DNA of 64,000 nucleotides, taken from assembly GCA_965216465.1 (NCBI GenBank), contig CBDCFW010000006.1:853244-917243 (forward strand), given 5' to 3'. Origin of the DNA: Bacteroidia bacterium (GTDB taxonomy: Bacteria; Bacteroidota; Bacteroidia; NS11-12g; UBA9320). The notes beneath the pieces are model-generated. The model saw only the letters and a list, made by a program, of their open reading frames with translations, ran no database searches and was not told where the DNA came from. Below are positions 47,634-57,433 of this stretch, in pieces; the stretch's first letter is position 1; every line of letters begins with the position of its first letter. Both the position numbers and the translations under genes were made by a program.

Positions 47634-49694
47634 ATGTATGTGCTAAGCCACGTACCCCTACTCAAATTTCTTCCTTTTTTTATTCTAGGCATACTTGCTG
47701 GAAACGCCGTTTCTTGTCTATGGCTGTTTTTAATTGTATTGTTGATTGGGGTTGGTGTCCTCGTTATTAGTGATTATTATCTCAGGTCAAATCTTTCCAG
47801 AAAAGGGTTGGTAGCATCAACCGTTCTTGTACAATTTATTTTGATTGTAGCAGGGGCATTATTGGTGAATCTGCATAATCAAATTAATTCACCATACCAC
47901 TTTTCAAAATATCAAAATCCTCAAGCATATGTTGGAGTGGTTTCAAGTGCAGCGAAATATGGTAAAACGGTGTCGTTTGAATTTCAAGTTGATTATGTTG
48001 TTTTAGGAAACAATTTACAAAAGAGTATTGGTAAGGTAAATGTGAATCTTAATATGGATTCTAATAGCGAATTGGTCATTTATGGAGATGAGTTGGTGTT
48101 GAACAAGCAAGTTCAGGAGATTGCGAGACCCAAAAATCCAGGGAGTTTCAATTTCAAAGCTTTCTATCAAATTAAGAATGTAAATCACTCTGTTTGGTTA
48201 AAAAGTTCTGAATGGAGAAAAACGGGAAGACAAAAGAGGAATAAAGTTAAGGCGTGGTCTTATTGCACTCGAAATAAGTTGATCGCTCATTTTGATAAAC
48301 ACCTCGATGAGGATGTTGTAGAATTTGCTAAGGCATTGGTGTTAGGATATAAACAGCACCTCCCAACAGAAGTTAAACAGGATTTTTCTCGTACAGGTAC
48401 AATACATGTTCTTGCAGTTTCAGGACTGCATGTAGGATTAATTTATGGATTGCTTTCAATTATTCTTGCCATGAAGAAAGGCAAACTATGGGTCAGAGTA
48501 ATTAAAGCTTTGATTTTGGTGGGAGGACTATTTGCCTATGAATTAATTACTGGGCTTTCAATTTCTGTTCTTCGTTCGGTAATAATGTTTAGTCTGTTTG
48601 TTATGGCTGAATTGAGTGGGAGAAAATCATCTTCTCCAAATACGGTGTTGTTAGCTGGTTTTGTTCTGCTTTGTTTGGACCCATTGGCGTTATACAATCT
48701 CGGTTTTCAGTTTTCATTTCTTGCGGTTCTTGGAATTGTGTTGTTTGCGAAGACGTTGTCAAAAAAATGGAAGCATCAATGGTGGATTACAGGTAAGTTA
48801 AAAGAGTTGATTGCCGTAAGTCTTTGTGCACAGATTTTTGTGCTGCCATTAAGCCTATATTATTTCCATGCTTTTCCTGTTTATTTTTTGGTAGCCAATC
48901 TACTCGTGGTGCCGTTAGTTACAGTGGGTTTGTATCTAGGAGTTGGGTTTGCAACGCTTGGACTTCTATCATCAGCAGTTTCCAAAATCTTGGCTGATTT
49001 AATGGAGGCCTATTTGAGGTTTTCAATTGGCTTAAATCATATGATTGGATCGTGGCCAAATGCAATAGTGTCTACTCCAGAAATTTCTGTTTTGTGCACA
49101 TGGATGGTTTTAGGATTTATCGCTTCGCTAAGTTTTGGCCTGTTCTATCGTCAGAAGTTATCATTGAACTTGAGCGTTTGGTGCTTTGCGGCGATATTGT
49201 TTGTATATGAATTGGACCGTAAAACTATTCCAGACAGTGAGGTTATAGTGTTTCACCACAATCGTTCATCCCTGATTGGTTTTAGGTCAAATCAGAAGTT
49301 GGTAGTTCTTGCCAGCAAAGAGGCTTACACAGATGATAAGGTGTTTGAATATTTGGTTGAGCCATATAGTGAGATGCACAACGTGAAGTCGATAGTTTAC
49401 CATCCAATTTCAAGAGTTGATGCAACAGGAAGAATTGGAGATTTGGTCTTTTTAGGAAATGGTTGTTTGGGGTTCAAAAATGAGCTGTTTTTTGTAGATC
49501 AGCTAGGGTTGAATTTGGATCTTAAAAACACTAAATTTCGAGGGGTATTTGTGGATGGAAAATGGAGTTCTAATCGGGCAAAATTAATTGATGAAAAACT
49601 GCATTTTGATACGGGCATTTTGATGGGCAGAAACGTAGATTTTGAAGGGAGGAAATGGAAGGCTAACAAACAGAGTTATGTCATAATACGGTAG
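47634..49694 (+). CDS. comEC: ComEC/Rec2-family DNA internalisation competence protein
   Basis: N-terminal DUF4131-like TM region, the competence domain ...RTGTIHVLAVSGLHVGLIYGLLS... and multiple TM helices. Confidence 0.8.
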   Translation: MYVLSHVPLLKFLPFFILGILAGNAVSCLWLFLIVLLIGVGVLVISDYYLRSNLSRKGLVASTVLVQFILIVAGALLVNLHNQINSPYHFSKYQNPQAYVGVVSSAAKYGKTVSFEFQVDYVVLGNNLQKSIGKVNVNLNMDSNSELVIYGDELVLNKQVQEIARPKNPGSFNFKAFYQIKNVNHSVWLKSSEWRKTGRQKRNKVKAWSYCTRNKLIAHFDKHLDEDVVEFAKALVLGYKQHLPTEVKQDFSRTGTIHVLAVSGLHVGLIYGLLSIILAMKKGKLWVRVIKALILVGGLFAYELITGLSISVLRSVIMFSLFVMAELSGRKSSSPNTVLLAGFVLLCLDPLALYNLGFQFSFLAVLGIVLFAKTLSKKWKHQWWITGKLKELIAVSLCAQIFVLPLSLYYFHAFPVYFLVANLLVVPLVTVGLYLGVGFATLGLLSSAVSKILADLMEAYLRFSIGLNHMIGSWPNAIVSTPEISVLCTWMVLGFIASLSFGLFYRQKLSLNLSVWCFAAILFVYELDRKTIPDSEVIVFHHNRSSLIGFRSNQKLVVLASKEAYTDDKVFEYLVEPYSEMHNVKSIVYHPISRVDATGRIGDLVFLGNGCLGFKNELFFVDQLGLNLDLKNTKFRGVFVDGKWSSNRAKLIDEKLHFDTGILMGRNVDFEGRKWKANKQSYVIIR

Positions 49695-49744
49695 CATTCT
49701 TTGTCATTTTTTCGAAGTAAAGTTTTGTTTTTGAAATAAATGTA

Positions 49745-49752
49745 TAAATTTG
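49745..49752 (+). promoter_or_regulatory. Candidate TAnnTTTG -7 promoter element for the giant T9SS cargo gene
   Basis: TAAATTTG lies 45 nt upstream of the ATG at 49797. Confidence 0.3.
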
Positions 49753-49796
49753 ATGCTTTACAATTTAAAAATAAACGTAATTTATCAATCAAGCGT

Positions 49797-52700
49797 ATGA
49801 AAAAAATTTACAATTCGAATTGGCTTTTCAAATTAACAATGATGGCCGCAGCTTGCTTGCTTTTTGCAGGTACAGCAACGGCTCAGCTTAGTGGTAGTTA
49901 TACCATCGACGCAGGTGGTACCGGTGATTTCTTGTCTTTCACCGAACTTGAAGACACCCTAAAAAGTGACGGGGTTTCTGGAGCAGTTACAGTTGATGTA
50001 CTTGCAGGATCAGGACCTTACACTGAAGATTTCAAATTAACTGAAATTACTGGGGCTTCTTCATCTAACACAATTACTATCAACGGTAATGATGAAAAGA
50101 TCACTTTTAACGGTCAAACGTTAGGCTTTAACGGAACTGACTACATTACTTTCAATGACCTTATCATTGAGTCAACATCTACTAGTGCAGCAAGAATTAT
50201 TCGTGCTCATTCTGGTATTAACAACATGACTTTCGATGGATGTGAGGTTATTGCTAACGGTGCTAACTCTTATGGAGGATGGCCAGCTTACTACCAAAGT
50301 GCTTACTTCTGGTTCGGTAACTCTAACTACTATTACAACGATGCTAGTGACGAAGTTTATGACATCACTATCAACGATTGTAAATTATGGAAAGGGAGTT
50401 CCTCAGTAAATAACCAAGGTAAAACTTATGGTATCTACTTTGCAACTGCTTACACTTCTGAAGTTAACTTGACAATTACTAACAATGACATTCAGGACAT
50501 TGGTCAGTTTGCAATGTACTTGAGAAAAGTAAACGGTGGTCTTGTTGAAAACAACCACATTCACAACGAAAACAATAGTGCAAATACTTACATTTACGCT
50601 ATCTATGTTTACAACTACTTCCTTTCAGGATCTGAAGTTGTAACTATTTCTCACAACAACATTCACGACATTTTCACTTCTAACAGAAGCTATGCTTACG
50701 CAAGTGTTTATGGAATTTATGCATATGGATACTATGCGGGTACTAACTGGGAAATTCACAATAACGTAATTGCGTTATGGGGTCCTTACTACCAATATGG
50801 TATTTACAACTACGGTTATAACAGTTCTGGAGACATGAACGTATCTTATAACACGATTAGAATGGATGGTAATGTATCTTATGCATATACTAGACATTAT
50901 GGTATGTATTTCTACTACATCTCAGGTGGAGACGTTGTAAACAATATTATTGTTGATGAAACTGCTAACTGGGGTGCTGGTAATGGTGGATCTTGGTTGA
51001 TTTACATTTACCAAAGTGGACAAACATTTGATCACAACAGTTTAGATAATGAAAGCATGATGGGATCAGCTGTTCCAGGTAATGTATACTATGCATACAA
51101 CGGAGGTAACAGAAAAGAATTTACTGATTGGACAAACGACCAAGGTGGTTCTAACTCTGTAAATCACAATCCAAACTTTACTGACGTAGCTGGTGCGGAC
51201 TTTACTCCTCAGAGTATTGCAATGGCTAACGCTGGTACTCCTACTACAATTACTGAAGATTTAACGTATTCAACTAGAAGTGGAACTACTCCAGATGTTG
51301 GAGCTATTGAGTACTTCGTTGATATCGAAGTTGTAAGTGTTGATATGACTGGTGGTAACGAGTGTGCTCCATATACTGAAGATGTAGTTGTTACTCTTCA
51401 AAATAATGGACCAAACGATATCTCTGGTGTTCCAATGCAATACACTATTAATGGTGGAGCTCCAGTAATGGAAATTGTTACTACTTCAATTACTGCGGGT
51501 GGTACAATGCAGTTTACTTTTGCTCAACCTGCTAACCTTTACGGTTCTCAAACTCACGACATTGATGTTTCTGTTGTAGGTGCTGATGATGTTCCTGCTA
51601 ACAGTGATGGATCTCATACAATTACGACAACTGCTTCTCCATGGGGTGGTGACCTTGCACAAGGTGCTACTTGGAATGGATACTTCAATAATGGTTCAAT
51701 GGGCGATCCTGATGTAACTGTTAAAGATCACGTAATTGAGTACGACATTACTCGTCCAGATGCTTATATGGGTTCTGCTCCTGGTACTTCAACTAGTGGA
51801 GATTACTACTACACTATTCAAGCAACTACTATGAGTGGTGTTGATGTAACTGGTTTTGGATTTAGCTTAACTAACAACGATGAGACTTTAACTGTTGATC
51901 CAGATCAAGCTCTTGCAGATTCTACGATCTTCATGAACATCATTGTTATGGATAACAACACGGGTTGTGATACTTCTTTCGGAAGATACTTATATGTACC
52001 ACATACTCCAGAAGTTGACTTTACTGAAATGGACATCTGCCTAGGCGATGTTGCTCAGTTCAAAAACACTTCTACTTTAGATGGTGACGATTATATGTTG
52101 AACACTTGGGATTTTGATGATCCAGATCCTGCTGTAACTGATGATAACTCTGATATCCTTGACGGATTCTGGAGCTACACTACTTACGGTTCTGCTGATG
52201 TAACTTTAACAGTAGTAAACGGACAGTACCCATTATTTGAGTACTCTATAACTAAATCAATTACTGTTACTCCTAAGCCAGAAGTTGATTACAAAGTATT
52301 GAACGCTTGTGAAGGTTCAGACATTGTTTTCGATAACAACACTGCATTACCTGCAGGTATTACAGGTACAATTACTTACGATTGGGACTTCAACGGTGAA
52401 GGTTCTTCTACTGATGAAGATCCAACATTCATGTTCTCAACTCCAGGTCAAAGAGTTGTAACTCTTACTGCATCTGCAAACGGATGTGACGCTACATTAA
52501 GTAAAAATGCATACCAATTCGAAAACCCAGTTGCTGACTGGAGCTCAGTTGGAGAGTGTAACTTCGTTGATGTTGAATTCGTTAACGAAACTGCAATTCC
52601 AAATGACGCTAACTACGGTTTAGCTTGGGACTTCGGTGACGGAGGAATCTCTAGATTAGAGAACCCATCTCACGCTTTCGCTACTCCAGGTACTAAGACT

Positions 52701-53774
52701 GTTACTTTAACAGCTACTTCTGAGTTTGGTTGTGTGAGCATGCATACTTCAACTGTTGAACTTAAAGAGTCTCCTGAGGCAGACTTCGATTGGGATGCAG
52801 CTTGTAACCTTACTCCAATTAACTTTACAAGAACTGGTTCTGTACCTAACGGTGGAACTGGAAGCTCTTACGCTTGGGATTTCAACGGTGAGTCAGTGTC
52901 TGGAATGGAAAATCCATCACACTTATTCTCTAATGTAGGTCCTAAAACTGTAAGCTTAACTATCTCTGACCTTAACGGATGTTCAAGCAGCATTACTAAA
53001 GAAGTAAACGTTGTATTACAAGCAGTTGCTGATTTCGAAGTTGCTGACGTTTGTGAAGGTGACGAGGCTGTATTTACTAACAAATCATCTGTTGCTGCTG
53101 GTGACCTTGAGTACATGTGGAGCTTCGGAGAAAACAACGCTACTTCTGAAGACCTTTCTCCAAGACACGCATACGATGTTACTGGTAACACTAGACTTGT
53201 TAGTGTAACTCTACAAGCTATCGTTCCTGGTGGATGTTCTGATGAGATTACTTTACCTCTTACTGTAAACGCTGCTCCAGATGCATCATTTACTGCTGAG
53301 ACTCAAGGTAGAACTGTAATCTTTGATGGTCCTTCTGGAAACAGCATTTACCAATGGAGATTCGGTAACGGAGCTTCTGCAACTAGCGAAGATGTTAACT
53401 ATACTTACACTAACGTAGACGAAGGTACTTTCGAAGTTTGCTTAGCAACTAAGAATGCAGAGTGCTGGAGTGAAGAGTGTAACCTAGTTACTATCAACCT
53501 TGCTGGTATCGAAGATCTTACTGAGAACAATGATATGATTAGCGTATACCCTAACCCAACTACTGGATCATTCAACTTAGAAGTTGAAAATGCATCTGAT
53601 GACATGGTTGTTAAGGTTGCTGACATATTAGGAAACGAATTGAACGTTGAAGTAATCAACAACCTTAACGGTAAGTTCATCGTAAACATGTCTGCTGTAG
53701 CTGACGGAGTTTACTTTGTACAAGTTAAGAACGGTGATTTCTATGCAACGAAAAGAATTACAGTTTCTAAATAA
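49797..53774 (+). CDS. Giant secreted protein: right-handed parallel beta-helix repeats + about 6 PKD-like domains + T9SS C-terminal sorting domain
   Basis: Signal peptide MKKIYNSNWLFKLTMMAAACLLFAGTATAQ. Tyr/Asn/Gly-rich beta-helix repeats (NNHIHNENNSANTYIYAIYVYNY). Repeated xVDFT...C.GD.V.F.N.S PKD modules. The C-terminus ISVYPNPTTGSFNLEV...GVYFVQVKNG... is a Por_Secre_tail. Confidence 0.8.
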   Translation: MKKIYNSNWLFKLTMMAAACLLFAGTATAQLSGSYTIDAGGTGDFLSFTELEDTLKSDGVSGAVTVDVLAGSGPYTEDFKLTEITGASSSNTITINGNDEKITFNGQTLGFNGTDYITFNDLIIESTSTSAARIIRAHSGINNMTFDGCEVIANGANSYGGWPAYYQSAYFWFGNSNYYYNDASDEVYDITINDCKLWKGSSSVNNQGKTYGIYFATAYTSEVNLTITNNDIQDIGQFAMYLRKVNGGLVENNHIHNENNSANTYIYAIYVYNYFLSGSEVVTISHNNIHDIFTSNRSYAYASVYGIYAYGYYAGTNWEIHNNVIALWGPYYQYGIYNYGYNSSGDMNVSYNTIRMDGNVSYAYTRHYGMYFYYISGGDVVNNIIVDETANWGAGNGGSWLIYIYQSGQTFDHNSLDNESMMGSAVPGNVYYAYNGGNRKEFTDWTNDQGGSNSVNHNPNFTDVAGADFTPQSIAMANAGTPTTITEDLTYSTRSGTTPDVGAIEYFVDIEVVSVDMTGGNECAPYTEDVVVTLQNNGPNDISGVPMQYTINGGAPVMEIVTTSITAGGTMQFTFAQPANLYGSQTHDIDVSVVGADDVPANSDGSHTITTTASPWGGDLAQGATWNGYFNNGSMGDPDVTVKDHVIEYDITRPDAYMGSAPGTSTSGDYYYTIQATTMSGVDVTGFGFSLTNNDETLTVDPDQALADSTIFMNIIVMDNNTGCDTSFGRYLYVPHTPEVDFTEMDICLGDVAQFKNTSTLDGDDYMLNTWDFDDPDPAVTDDNSDILDGFWSYTTYGSADVTLTVVNGQYPLFEYSITKSITVTPKPEVDYKVLNACEGSDIVFDNNTALPAGITGTITYDWDFNGEGSSTDEDPTFMFSTPGQRVVTLTASANGCDATLSKNAYQFENPVADWSSVGECNFVDVEFVNETAIPNDANYGLAWDFGDGGISRLENPSHAFATPGTKTVTLTATSEFGCVSMHTSTVELKESPEADFDWDAACNLTPINFTRTGSVPNGGTGSSYAWDFNGESVSGMENPSHLFSNVGPKTVSLTISDLNGCSSSITKEVNVVLQAVADFEVADVCEGDEAVFTNKSSVAAGDLEYMWSFGENNATSEDLSPRHAYDVTGNTRLVSVTLQAIVPGGCSDEITLPLTVNAAPDASFTAETQGRTVIFDGPSGNSIYQWRFGNGASATSEDVNYTYTNVDEGTFEVCLATKNAECWSEECNLVTINLAGIEDLTENNDMISVYPNPTTGSFNLEVENASDDMVVKVADILGNELNVEVINNLNGKFIVNMSAVADGVYFVQVKNGDFYATKRITVSK

Positions 53775-53796
53775 ATTGTAAAAAATAAAACTGAAA

Positions 53797-53830
53797 AGCC
53801 TTCTATCTTTCGATAGGAGGCTTTTTTTTT
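53797..53830 (+). terminator. rho-independent terminator
   Basis: aGCCTTCTATCtttcGATAGGAGGCttttttttt. Confidence 0.6.
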
Positions 53831-53836
53831 GTTCTT

Positions 53837-54604
53837 ATGTTAACATCTAGAATTAACAACAGAATAGGCATCATTACGCTAGATAGGCCCGAAAAGAGAA
53901 ATGCGTTTAATGCTGAGTTGGTTACACTACTGCACGAAACCATTGTTAAATTCAATAACGATGATAACGTACGTGCAATTCTTATTCAAGCCAACGGAAA
54001 AGCATTTAGTGCAGGTGCTGACTTGAAATACCTTCAACAACTTAGAGCAAATACACTCAATGAGAACGAAGAAGATAGTAAGCAGCTGGCAGAGATGTTC
54101 AAGGCCTTGTACAATTCTCCTAAGCTTACCATATCTGCAGTCAATGGACATGCTTTAGCAGGAGGATGTGGACTTGCGACAATTACAGATTTCTGCTGGG
54201 CAACTCCTAATTCTAACTTTGGCTATACTGAGGTGAAAATTGGTTTTATACCTGCAATTGTTCTTACCTTTCTTTTGAGAAAAGTAGATGGTCAAAACCT
54301 AAATGAATTATTGTTAACCGGAAAAATAGTTACTGCTCAAGAAGCAAAAGACTTGAGCCTAATTTCGGACGTAATAGACAGTGATTCTTTCGAACACACG
54401 GTAGAAGAGCGAATTCAGCAGTTAATTTCATCAACATCTGGACAAGCGATAGCTAAAACAAAAGAGCTAATTAGGGCTGTAGATGCAAAACAAATTAATG
54501 AGAGTTTAGATACCGCTTCGAAGTATAATGCTATTGCTCGCAGTTCTGACGATTGCATAAAAGGCGTCGATTCTTTTCTAAATAAGACTAAGATAAGCTG
54601 GTAA
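53837..54604 (+). CDS. Enoyl-CoA hydratase/isomerase (crotonase) family protein
   Basis: IGIITLDRPEKRNAFN...KAFSAGADLKYL is the oxyanion-hole motif. Confidence 0.85.
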   Translation: MLTSRINNRIGIITLDRPEKRNAFNAELVTLLHETIVKFNNDDNVRAILIQANGKAFSAGADLKYLQQLRANTLNENEEDSKQLAEMFKALYNSPKLTISAVNGHALAGGCGLATITDFCWATPNSNFGYTEVKIGFIPAIVLTFLLRKVDGQNLNELLLTGKIVTAQEAKDLSLISDVIDSDSFEHTVEERIQQLISSTSGQAIAKTKELIRAVDAKQINESLDTASKYNAIARSSDDCIKGVDSFLNKTKISW

Positions 54605-55365
54605 TGATTGATACACACTCACACCTGTACGCATCTCAATTTGAAGAAGATATTCAAGAAGTTGTTGAAAGAGCTAAAGCTGCTGGATTAACTAAAATTC
54701 TACTTCCGAACATCAATATAGAAAGTATAGAGCAATTAAATAAGTTAGTAGAGCAAGAACCACAGTTCTTTTATAGAATGATCGGACTTCATCCTTGCTC
54801 TGTCGAAGACAACTATAAAGATGTTTTAGCCACGATAAAGGAAGAGTTAAATGCCAAACCTTGTATTGCGGTAGGTGAAATTGGAGTTGATCTTTACTGG
54901 GATAAGTCAACACAAAAGATTCAAGAAGAAGCCTTTTTAATACAATGCGAATGGGCAATCGAGAGCAATTTACCCATTGTAATACATTCTAGAGAGTCTA
55001 TTGACCTCATCATTGATCTGATTAAGGAAAACCTACCAAATGGCATTAGAGGTGTGTTTCATTGCTTTACAGGCACCTTAGAGCAAGCTCAGACCATTAT
55101 AGATATGGGAATGTATTTAGGAATTGGAGGTGTTGTTACTTTCAAGAATTCAAATCTAAGGGATGTGTTAAAAGATGTTTCACTGGATAGAATCATAATC
55201 GAGACCGATTCACCCTACCTTGCTCCTGTTCCTTATCGCGGGAAGCGAAACGAGTCGTCATATATCACCGAAGTGGTAAAAGAGCTCTCAAAAATTTACG
55301 ATTTAAGTTCGGAGGAGATTGACAAGATAACCACCGAAAATGCTCAGAAGTTGTTCGATTTGTAA
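54604..55365 (+). CDS. tatD: TatD-family metal-dependent hydrolase (DNase)
   Basis: MIDTHSHLY (the HxH motif), PIVIHSRES and GVFHCFTG. Confidence 0.85.
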   Translation: MIDTHSHLYASQFEEDIQEVVERAKAAGLTKILLPNINIESIEQLNKLVEQEPQFFYRMIGLHPCSVEDNYKDVLATIKEELNAKPCIAVGEIGVDLYWDKSTQKIQEEAFLIQCEWAIESNLPIVIHSRESIDLIIDLIKENLPNGIRGVFHCFTGTLEQAQTIIDMGMYLGIGGVVTFKNSNLRDVLKDVSLDRIIIETDSPYLAPVPYRGKRNESSYITEVVKELSKIYDLSSEEIDKITTENAQKLFDL

Positions 55366-55383
55366 TTACTTTTGCGGCCATTC

Positions 55384-55470
55384 GGAGAGATGCCAGAGCG
55401 GTCGATCGGGCTACCCTGGAAAGGTAGTGTACCCTTACGGGTACCGAGGGTTCGAATCCCTCTCTCTCCG
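55384..55470 (+). tRNA. tRNA-Ser (anticodon GGA), class II with a long variable arm
   Basis: GGAGAGA acceptor, anticodon stem CTACC/GGTAG with loop CTGGAAA (anticodon GGA), long extra arm, GTTCGAATC T loop and G discriminator. Confidence 0.85.
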
Positions 55471-55478
55471 CAAGTAAA

Positions 55479-55506
55479 GCCAATCCCTAAGAGGATTGGC
55501 TTTTTT
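55479..55506 (+). terminator. rho-independent terminator after tRNA-Ser
   Basis: aaGCCAATCCctaagaGGATTGGCtttttt. Confidence 0.6.
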
Positions 55507-55509
55507 ATT

Positions 55510-55845
55510 GAGCCTGTGCTAAGCTCGCTTAAGCACAGGCTCATAAAAAAGACATTGAGCACGCAGTGCTATGGCTTTACTTGTTAGGCCACCCCTTAGG
55601 GAAAAAGCGACTGCAAGGAGCTTAATCCCCATAAGCACAGGCTCATAAAAAAGACATTGAGCACGCAGTGCTATGGCTTTACTTGTTAGGCCACCCCTTA
55701 GGGAAAAAGCGACTGCAAGGAGCTTAATCCCCTTAATCACAGGCTCATAAAAAAGACATTGAGCACGCAGTGCTATGGCTTTACTTGTTAGGCCCTCCTT
55801 ACGGAAAAAGCAATGGGGGTTAATGAAGGAGGTTAATCCCATCTC
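55510..55845. repeat. Perfect 11-bp-stem hairpin followed by about 3 tandem copies of a 102-bp repeat. Copies 1 and 2 are near-identical and copy 3 diverges in its last third.
   Basis: The unit is cacaggctcataaaaaagacattgagcacgcagtgctatggctttacttgttaggccaccccttagggaaaaagcgactgcaaggagcttaatcccc(a/t)taa(g/t), starting at 55534, 55636 and 55738. The hairpin GAGCCTGTGCT-n11-AGCACAGGCTC at 55510..55542 contributes its right arm to the first unit. Confidence 0.85.
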
Positions 55846-55987
55846 GCTTCGAGTATGTGACTAATTAAAAGACAAAAGCACGTCCTGCTACACCTCCTAA
55901 ATTACCCCCTTTCCCTTCATTTCAATATATTTGAAGTTGTGCTGCAAAAGCACCTATAACCATTATTTAATCGACACCATTATTAAT

Positions 55988-56752
55988 ATGCTTTCAAGAG
56001 TAATACTTGTGTGCTTCATCTTTGTCCTTTGGTCTATAGGCTCAGGATATTACTATGTCTGCCACGTCAAGCAGGCATGTGCTAATCCCTTGCAAACCGA
56101 GATCGTTTTACAAGAACCAATCCAATTCACTATTTCAGAAGAAAAGCCAACTTTAGGCACTGACTTCGAAACTTGGAAGAATGAAATTCTAGCAAAACAA
56201 AACAACGATAACCAACTCCAAATTGTAGGTCTGTATTCTTCTGCAGAAGTGAATAATTCAATACATCGAGATTTGGGTATCGCACGAGCTGTTCAAGTAC
56301 AAGAAGCGTTAGGCATCAGCGTAGAAGAGGTAATTATAGAATCTCGACAAACTGAAATCGACTGGTCTAAAACTTATGCTGAAGCCATAGAGTTTGAATA
56401 TGTAATTAAAAATAAGAACGTAATTGAAAACGATTTTGGAGCGGTTCTTATATTAAGTCCATATGCCGTTCCTGAAGAAGTGCCTGTAGATATTATGAAC
56501 TATTTAAAAGAAATCTGTAAACATGCAGAAAACCAGGTGATTGATATTGTTGGATATAGCCCAGAATTAAACGATGTCGCAGAAAACTACAGTCAAGGGT
56601 ATCACTCTGCAAACTTGATTCGTGATATCTTCGCTGAGCAGGGATATCCATCAGAATTGTTAAACGTAGCTTCCGAAGGTTCAAGAAGAGATAATTTGTC
56701 CATAGATTTTATGCCAGATTCCGTTAACCTTGTTGAAGTAATAATTAGATAA
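55988..56752 (+). CDS. Membrane-anchored hypothetical protein with degenerate OmpA_C-like segments
   Basis: N-terminal TM helix (MLSRVILVCFIFVLWSIG). IVGYSPELNDVAENYSQGYHSANLIRDIFAEQGYP...ASEGSRRDN resembles the peptidoglycan-binding OmpA_C pattern. An alternative upstream start exists at 55931. Confidence 0.45.
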   Translation: MLSRVILVCFIFVLWSIGSGYYYVCHVKQACANPLQTEIVLQEPIQFTISEEKPTLGTDFETWKNEILAKQNNDNQLQIVGLYSSAEVNNSIHRDLGIARAVQVQEALGISVEEVIIESRQTEIDWSKTYAEAIEFEYVIKNKNVIENDFGAVLILSPYAVPEEVPVDIMNYLKEICKHAENQVIDIVGYSPELNDVAENYSQGYHSANLIRDIFAEQGYPSELLNVASEGSRRDNLSIDFMPDSVNLVEVIIR

Positions 56753-56755
56753 AAA

Positions 56756-57433
56756 ATGGAGGAAAGAATTATAGAAGGAGCCAACGGCCAAATGTATTAC
56801 ATAGAAATAGCCATTATTTTATTAGGAGCATTTATTCTAGGTTATGTGCTGAGATGGTTGCTTAACGATAAGTACAAGAAACAAATTAAAAAGCTTGAAC
56901 TCGATATTTCAATGTTGAAACTGAACTCAAAACCGGAGGAAAGTTTTAAAAAACTTGAAACCAATATTATTGCCCAACAAGCCGAAATCGATAAGCTAAA
57001 ATCTTTACTCAAGTTTGCTAAAACAGACAAAGAAGATGCACTTAGAAGTGCCGACCTGCTAAAAAAGGAGATTGAAGCCTTGCAAAAATCAAAATCAGTA
57101 GAAGAAGCAACAGAAACACCCGCATTTGAGCCGGAACAGGTACAGGAGCAAGAAGAAATTGTATTGTCTACTTCACAAAAAGATGACTTAACAAAGATTG
57201 AAGGGGTAGGGCCTAAAATTGAACAAATATTAAACGAAGCAGGAATAGCAACTTTTCGCGATATACTTTCAAAACCGCCATCAGAAATTAAATCGGTGCT
57301 GGTAGCTCAAAGCCCAACATATGCAGTACATGACCCTGCGACATGGGCTGAACAAGCAAAATTAGCTGTTGCAAATAAGTGGGAAGAATTAGCTAGCCTT
57401 CAATTGAAACTTAAAGGAGGAAAGCGTAAGTAA
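56756..57433 (+). CDS. Membrane-anchored coiled-coil protein with a C-terminal helix-hairpin-helix motif
   Basis: One TM helix, an extended coiled coil, and an HhH-like segment LTKIEGVGPKIEQILNEAGIATFRDI. Confidence 0.5.
   Translation: MEERIIEGANGQMYYIEIAIILLGAFILGYVLRWLLNDKYKKQIKKLELDISMLKLNSKPEESFKKLETNIIAQQAEIDKLKSLLKFAKTDKEDALRSADLLKKEIEALQKSKSVEEATETPAFEPEQVQEQEEIVLSTSQKDDLTKIEGVGPKIEQILNEAGIATFRDILSKPPSEIKSVLVAQSPTYAVHDPATWAEQAKLAVANKWEELASLQLKLKGGKRK

Noticed and set aside
52756-53689. Short ORFs on both strands inside the giant T9SS cargo gene
   Set aside because: They overlap a continuous 1325-aa frame with coherent domain structure and have no independent signals.
55519-55842. 107-aa minus-strand ORF with internally repeated peptide (GGLTSKAIALRAQCLFYEPV...)
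   Set aside because: It is a read-through of the 102-bp (34-codon) tandem DNA repeat. The periodicity is at the DNA level and there is no start context. It is a repeat artefact rather than a repeat protein.
55510-55845. Possible CRISPR array
   Set aside because: The repeats are contiguous 102-bp units with no unique spacers, there are no cas genes in the window, and the unit is far longer than CRISPR repeats.
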